From: Chiloscyllium plagiosum
Lineage: Eukaryota
DNA length: 64,000 bases
NCBI RefSeq assembly: GCF_004010195.1
Contig: NC_057719.1
Span: 6,904,740 to 6,968,739 of the forward strand
Direction: 5' to 3'
Made by a program: the position numbers and the translations under genes. The notes beneath the pieces are model-generated. The model was not told the DNA's origin. It saw only the letters and a program-made list of their open reading frames with translations, and did no database searches. Shown here piece by piece: positions 59,624 through 64,000 of the stretch (within the stretch, counting starts at the first letter, position 1; each line of letters starts with the position of its first letter).

Positions 59624-60105
59624 GATGAGGTGTGTGGGGGGGAGTGATAGGTTGGAGATGAGGGTGGAGCGGATAGGTGGGAAGGAAGATGGGCAGGTAG
59701 GACAGTTCAAGATGGCCGTGCCGAACTGGAGGGTTGGATCTGGTACAAGTTGGGGGGAGGGAAGTTGAGGAAACTGGTGAAATTGACATTGATTGCATGT
59801 GGTTGGAGGGTCCCAAGGCAGAAGATGAGGTGTTCTTCCTCCAGGCGTCAAGTGGCTAGAGTTTGGTGTTGTAGGAGATCCAGAACTTGCATGTCCTTGG
59901 AGTGGGAGAGGGAGCCAAAGTGATCGGCCCCTGGGCTGTGGGATTGTTTAGTGCATGTGTCTCAGATGTTCTCTGAAATGTTCTGCAAGTTGGTGCCCTG
60001 TCTCCCCAATGTGGAAGAGATCACATCGAGAACAATGGACACAGTAGGTGAGGTGTTAGAAGGTGCAGGAAAATCTCTGCCGGATGTGAAAGAATCCTTG
60101 GATGG
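59624..60105 (-). mobile_element. Neptune-type PLE endonuclease and 3' UTR fragment (family A)
   Basis: Minus strand NTSPTV/YCVHCSRCDLFHIGETGHQLAEHFREHL, homologous to 39150-39560. Confidence 0.75.
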
Positions 60106-61595
60106 AAGTGTGGACACAAAGCTCTTCTATTGTCGTCGGTAGCGATAAGGATCAGGAGAGAACAAAAACCTTTTCTATATGATTGCCAAGTCTGAATTTA
60201 CCTGATGAGTATTAAGTTATACTTCTTTAAAAAGGAAGCATTATTGAAACAATTTATATTTGCACAGTCGACATGTGTGTGTGTGTATGTAAGTAATAAA
60301 TGCCACACCTGATGGAACCAAACTTCTTCAGCAGTTGGTAACAAAATAATTCTGTACAGTAACATTTCAACTAACATTTTACTATGTAGGCCTAACTTTC
60401 ACCTTTTTGGTTTAATGTTTTTGCATCGAGAAAGGAACCAAAGGTTATGATTTAGCTTGTGATTTTTTTTTTTAAAACCTTGAAATTGTATGGATCACAT
60501 ACAGGTCAGAATTTAAATGTTTCTTATAGATTTTGGACCAACTGTCAACTGTAGCCCATATGCCATTTATTTACAAATGGGCTAACTGGGGTCAAAATTA
60601 CCCTGTAGCCTTTGTAATGTTTTGGAACATTTCATTGTACAAAGTATGTTAATTTGGAATAACCTTTACTTTCTGAAGGGAAATATTTGAAATAAACAGA
60701 TCAACCAATATTGTGCAGCAGACTCAATGGGCTGAATGGTCTACTTCACTTATGCTGTATGTTCATACAGTGAGGGGAGGGAGTCTTCAATTTGTGATTG
60801 GCCAACTACAAATGCTCATACTTACAAACCGTGTCCCATATTACTATTTCCGGCATGTGAACTCTTATGTACTTGCGTTTGCTCATACTTGCGTCTTGTA
60901 CTGTATTGTTTGGCTTTGTATGCAAATTGATTTGCCAGCCGATTTAAGAGCAGAACCTGTTCATAATCCAGAGGCTTCCTTCATATAAAATGTTATGAAG
61001 CTACCTCCGTGGCAGTGTATAATGAAAAGCATTTTTTTTGTTACCTGTTTAGTTGTCCCACGCAGTGCCTTGGTGTGATAATCACATAGATTGCTGAGTT
61101 GGAACATTAAAATGTTCTCACCTCAGTTCCCTTCAGTGCACTCAGTGCATATGTTAGCGTAGCACAGTTTTGCCTCAGTGTTAGCTTGTATCTGTTTCCC
61201 TGTCTGGCACAAAAGAGGAAAATAGATGAGCTGATGTCATATCAGAATGCAAGTGAATCAGTAATACTGTCTCTCCCAGGTTTTCTGAATATGAACTTGG
61301 GAATAAATGATCAGTTAAAACTGCATTGTGTAAAATACTTCATTGGACAAGACTTTGAAACAGCAGAAATTAAAATTCAGGAGGGTGTACAAACAGGCAG
61401 AGGTTAAAATCATTTTGCTGCTTTGGTTAAATAATTGAAACTTCAAATCAGATTTATTCTTTGATTCATTGCAGGGTTGTTGGATGTGTGTTCCAGCAGG
61501 AAATGGTTTGCTCGATTAGTATTCCTGCATTTGTGGAGGACCTCCTAATTTTCATGGTGAAATATATACTTTTGTCTGCTACATGTTGATTTGTA

Positions 61596-62240
61596 GTGAA
61601 GAAGGCATTTGGTTTGCTTTCCTTTATTGGTCAGAGTATTGAGTACAGGAGTTGGGAGGTCATGTTGCGGATGTACAAAACATCGGTTAGGCCACTTTTG
61701 GAATATTGTGTGCAAATCTGGTCTCCTTCCTATTGGAAGGATGTTGTGAAACTTGAAAAGGTTCAGAAAAGATTTACAAAGATGTTGCCAGGGTTGGAGG
61801 AATTGAGCTAAAGGGAGAGGTTGAATATGCTGGGGCTGTTTTCCCTGGAGCGTCGGAGCTGAGGGGTGACTTTACAGATGTTTATAAAATCATGAGGGGC
61901 ATGGATAGGAGAAATATAAAAAATATACCTCTTCCTTGGAGTGAGAGTGCCCAGAACTAGAGGGCATAGGTTTAGGGTGAGAGGGGAAAGATATAAAAGG
62001 GACCTGAGGGGCAACCTTTTCATGCAGAGGGTGGTACGTGTATGGACTGAGCTGCCAGAGGTGGAGGCTAGTAGGATTGCAACATTTAAAAGGCATCTGG
62101 GTGGGAATATGAATAGGAAGTGTTTGGAGGGATATGGGCTGGGTGCTGGCAGGTGGGACTAGATTGGGTTGGGATATCTGGTCGACATGGATGAATTGGA
62201 CTAAAGGTTCTGTTTCAGTGCTGTACATCTCTATTACTCT
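61596..62240 (+). mobile_element. CR1/HER1 3' fragment
   Basis: KKAFGLLSFIGQSIEYRSWEVML...RPLLEYCVQIWSP; RTRGHRFRVRGE; tail gtgctgtacatctctattactct. Confidence 0.9.
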
Positions 62241-62456
62241 ATTGGAGATTAATTCAGCAATACAAGTTGATGAATGCTTATTAATTTTTATCTATCTTAG
62301 TTGGAAATAGTGAGGATTCTCCCATGCTGCTCTGGCACAGGCATTTGAATTAGAAGTAAGAAGGTAAATGAAGCCTTGAGTGTTGGAAGTGTACCATTAA
62401 GCCTCTTTTAGAGCCTGTTTATGATCATAGAGCTATTTCTAGAAGAGGTTTCTTGT

Positions 62457-62672
62457 CAAGGCGGTTCTGCTATAAAGTGTTTATTCAAAACGAATTGGCT
62501 TTAACGCGATTGAAGAACTTAGGCCATTATTGGTAGAATGCAAACTTTCCTTACCTCTATTGGCTATAACACGATTCCGGCCCCATTAGCTTAAATGGGG
62601 CAGCCAATACACCATTTTCTTAACGCGTGATTGTCCGAGAATGGAACTATCGTGTTATATCAGAACCCACTG
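62457..62672. mobile_element. Tigger/pogo-like MITE
   Basis: Imperfect TIRs caaggcggttctgctataa / ttatatcagaacccactg, followed by TA. Second copy at 470-650. Confidence 0.6.
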
Positions 62673-62983
62673 TACTGGCTCATGCCCAGCTACTGTGAAA
62701 AGCTGCTACTCTGATATTGCAAGACTTTCTCTTCAACAGCCCGAACAATTTTAAGACTAACATTCATGCATCTGCATATGTTTTAGTATTGACATTTGCA
62801 ATTGCAATACATCTCCTTTAGCAAATATTTGAGTAAATAGTTCACTCAAATGATCAAGATATCACAACATAAATTCTGTTGCTTTTCCATGAATTCTAGG
62901 TCTGTGAAACAAATTGAATTGTCTAGACCTGTGATTTTCAAACTTTGTGCTGAGTCTGCCATTCTCCAACTTGGAATGTTTTT

Positions 62984-63277
62984 AGATTAGATTACCTACA
63001 GTATGGAAACAGGCCCTTTGGCCCAACAAGTCCACATCGACCCGTCGAAGAGTAACCCACCCAGATCCATTCCTCTACATTTACCCCTGACTAATGCACC
63101 TAACAACATGATGGGCAATTTAACATGGCCAGTTCACCTGTTCTGCACATCTTTTGGTTTGAGGAAATCCACACAGGCAAGGGGAGAACATGCAAACTCC
63201 ACACAGTCACCCAAGGTGGGAATCGAACTCAGGTCCCTGGTGCTGTGAGGCAGTAGTGCTAACCACTGAGCCACTGT
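62984..63277 (-). mobile_element. HE1-type V-SINE
   Basis: ttagattagattacctacagtatggaaacaggccc...gcagtagtgctaaccactgagccac. Confidence 0.85.
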
Positions 63278-63681
63278 GCAGCTGTTTTGTAGCATGTATT
63301 TTTAATATCAGAGAAAATATATGCAGCACAGAAATCTGTGGTTATCGTAATTATGCTCATTTCTTTGTGGAGAAATGCCTTGATCTCTCAGATCCCAATT
63401 TGAAACTCATAGTATAAACGTGGAAACTTCTGGGATCCCGATTCTCTGAATTTGTTAATCCCAATCTTATTGTAATGCTTTCTATCCATTCCCCCAGTCT
63501 GTAGCCTGAGAACTCTTTTACTGCTGTACTATTTCATTTTGTACCGTATGCTGTAGTGATTTCATTTCAGCTACTAGATTTCACCATTCCCTTAAGACAG
63601 ACCTTGCTTACGAAGTCTTGGTATTCAACAGACTTAATAGAATCCCTACAGTGTGGAAACAGGCCCTTCGGCCTAACAAAG

Positions 63682-63925
63682 TAAAAACAATGACTGCAGA
63701 TGCTGGAAACCAGATTATGGATTAGTGGTGCTGGAAGAGCAATTTCCCCTTCAGGCACCTCACCCTAGTTCCAAACTTCCGGCTCAGCACTGTCCCATGA
63801 CTTGTCCGGACTTGTCCTACCTGCCTATCTCCTTTTCCACCTATCCACTCCACCCTCTCCTCCCTGACCTATCACCTTCATCCCCTCCCCCACTCACCCA
63901 TTGTACTCTATGCTACTCTCTCTCA
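63682..63925. mobile_element. PLE family-A arm joined to a PLE 3' UTR fragment
   Basis: gactgcagatgctggaaaccagattatggattagtggtgctggaagagc followed by C-rich ccacctatccactccaccctc...cctgacctatcacc. Confidence 0.6.
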
Positions 63926-64000
63926 ATGGCTAATGTCAATGCCAAGCACAAGACGCTAAGTGAAGGAGACCATTTACTTCAGGGGGCAAATTGTGGATAG

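Noticed and set aside
58943..59851. Long ORFs of 231-302 aa, and similar ones at 49415-49750
   Set aside because: Their length comes from N runs translated as X.

Overview
Vertebrate genomic DNA, most likely from an elasmobranch (shark or ray). This is inferred from HE1-type V-SINEs, DeuSINE remnants and abundant HER1/CR1 LINEs. The only intact host coding sequence is the first coding exon of FOXN3 (+ strand, exon 53857-54422, ATG at 53871). The rest is probably FOXN3 intron or flank, densely filled with CR1, Rex1/Babar, RTE and Penelope-like (PLE) retroelements, SINEs, solo LTRs and a Tigger-like MITE. There are two assembly gaps (49456-49704, 59070-59623). Four signals are not visible in the ORF track. 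(1) An intronless, frameshifted RBPMS2-like retrocopy lies antisense at 41269-41591. (2) Minimal type-I hammerhead ribozyme motifs from three distinct PLE families are present. (3) A family of short fold-back PLE-derived insertions has 11-18 bp target-site duplications, and the two arms of each copy share copy-specific variants. (4) An inverted duplication of local DNA (6885-7331 vs 8000-8519) is bracketed by PLE terminal-repeat arms. Repeat boundaries were read by eye and are approximate unless a TSD is quoted.
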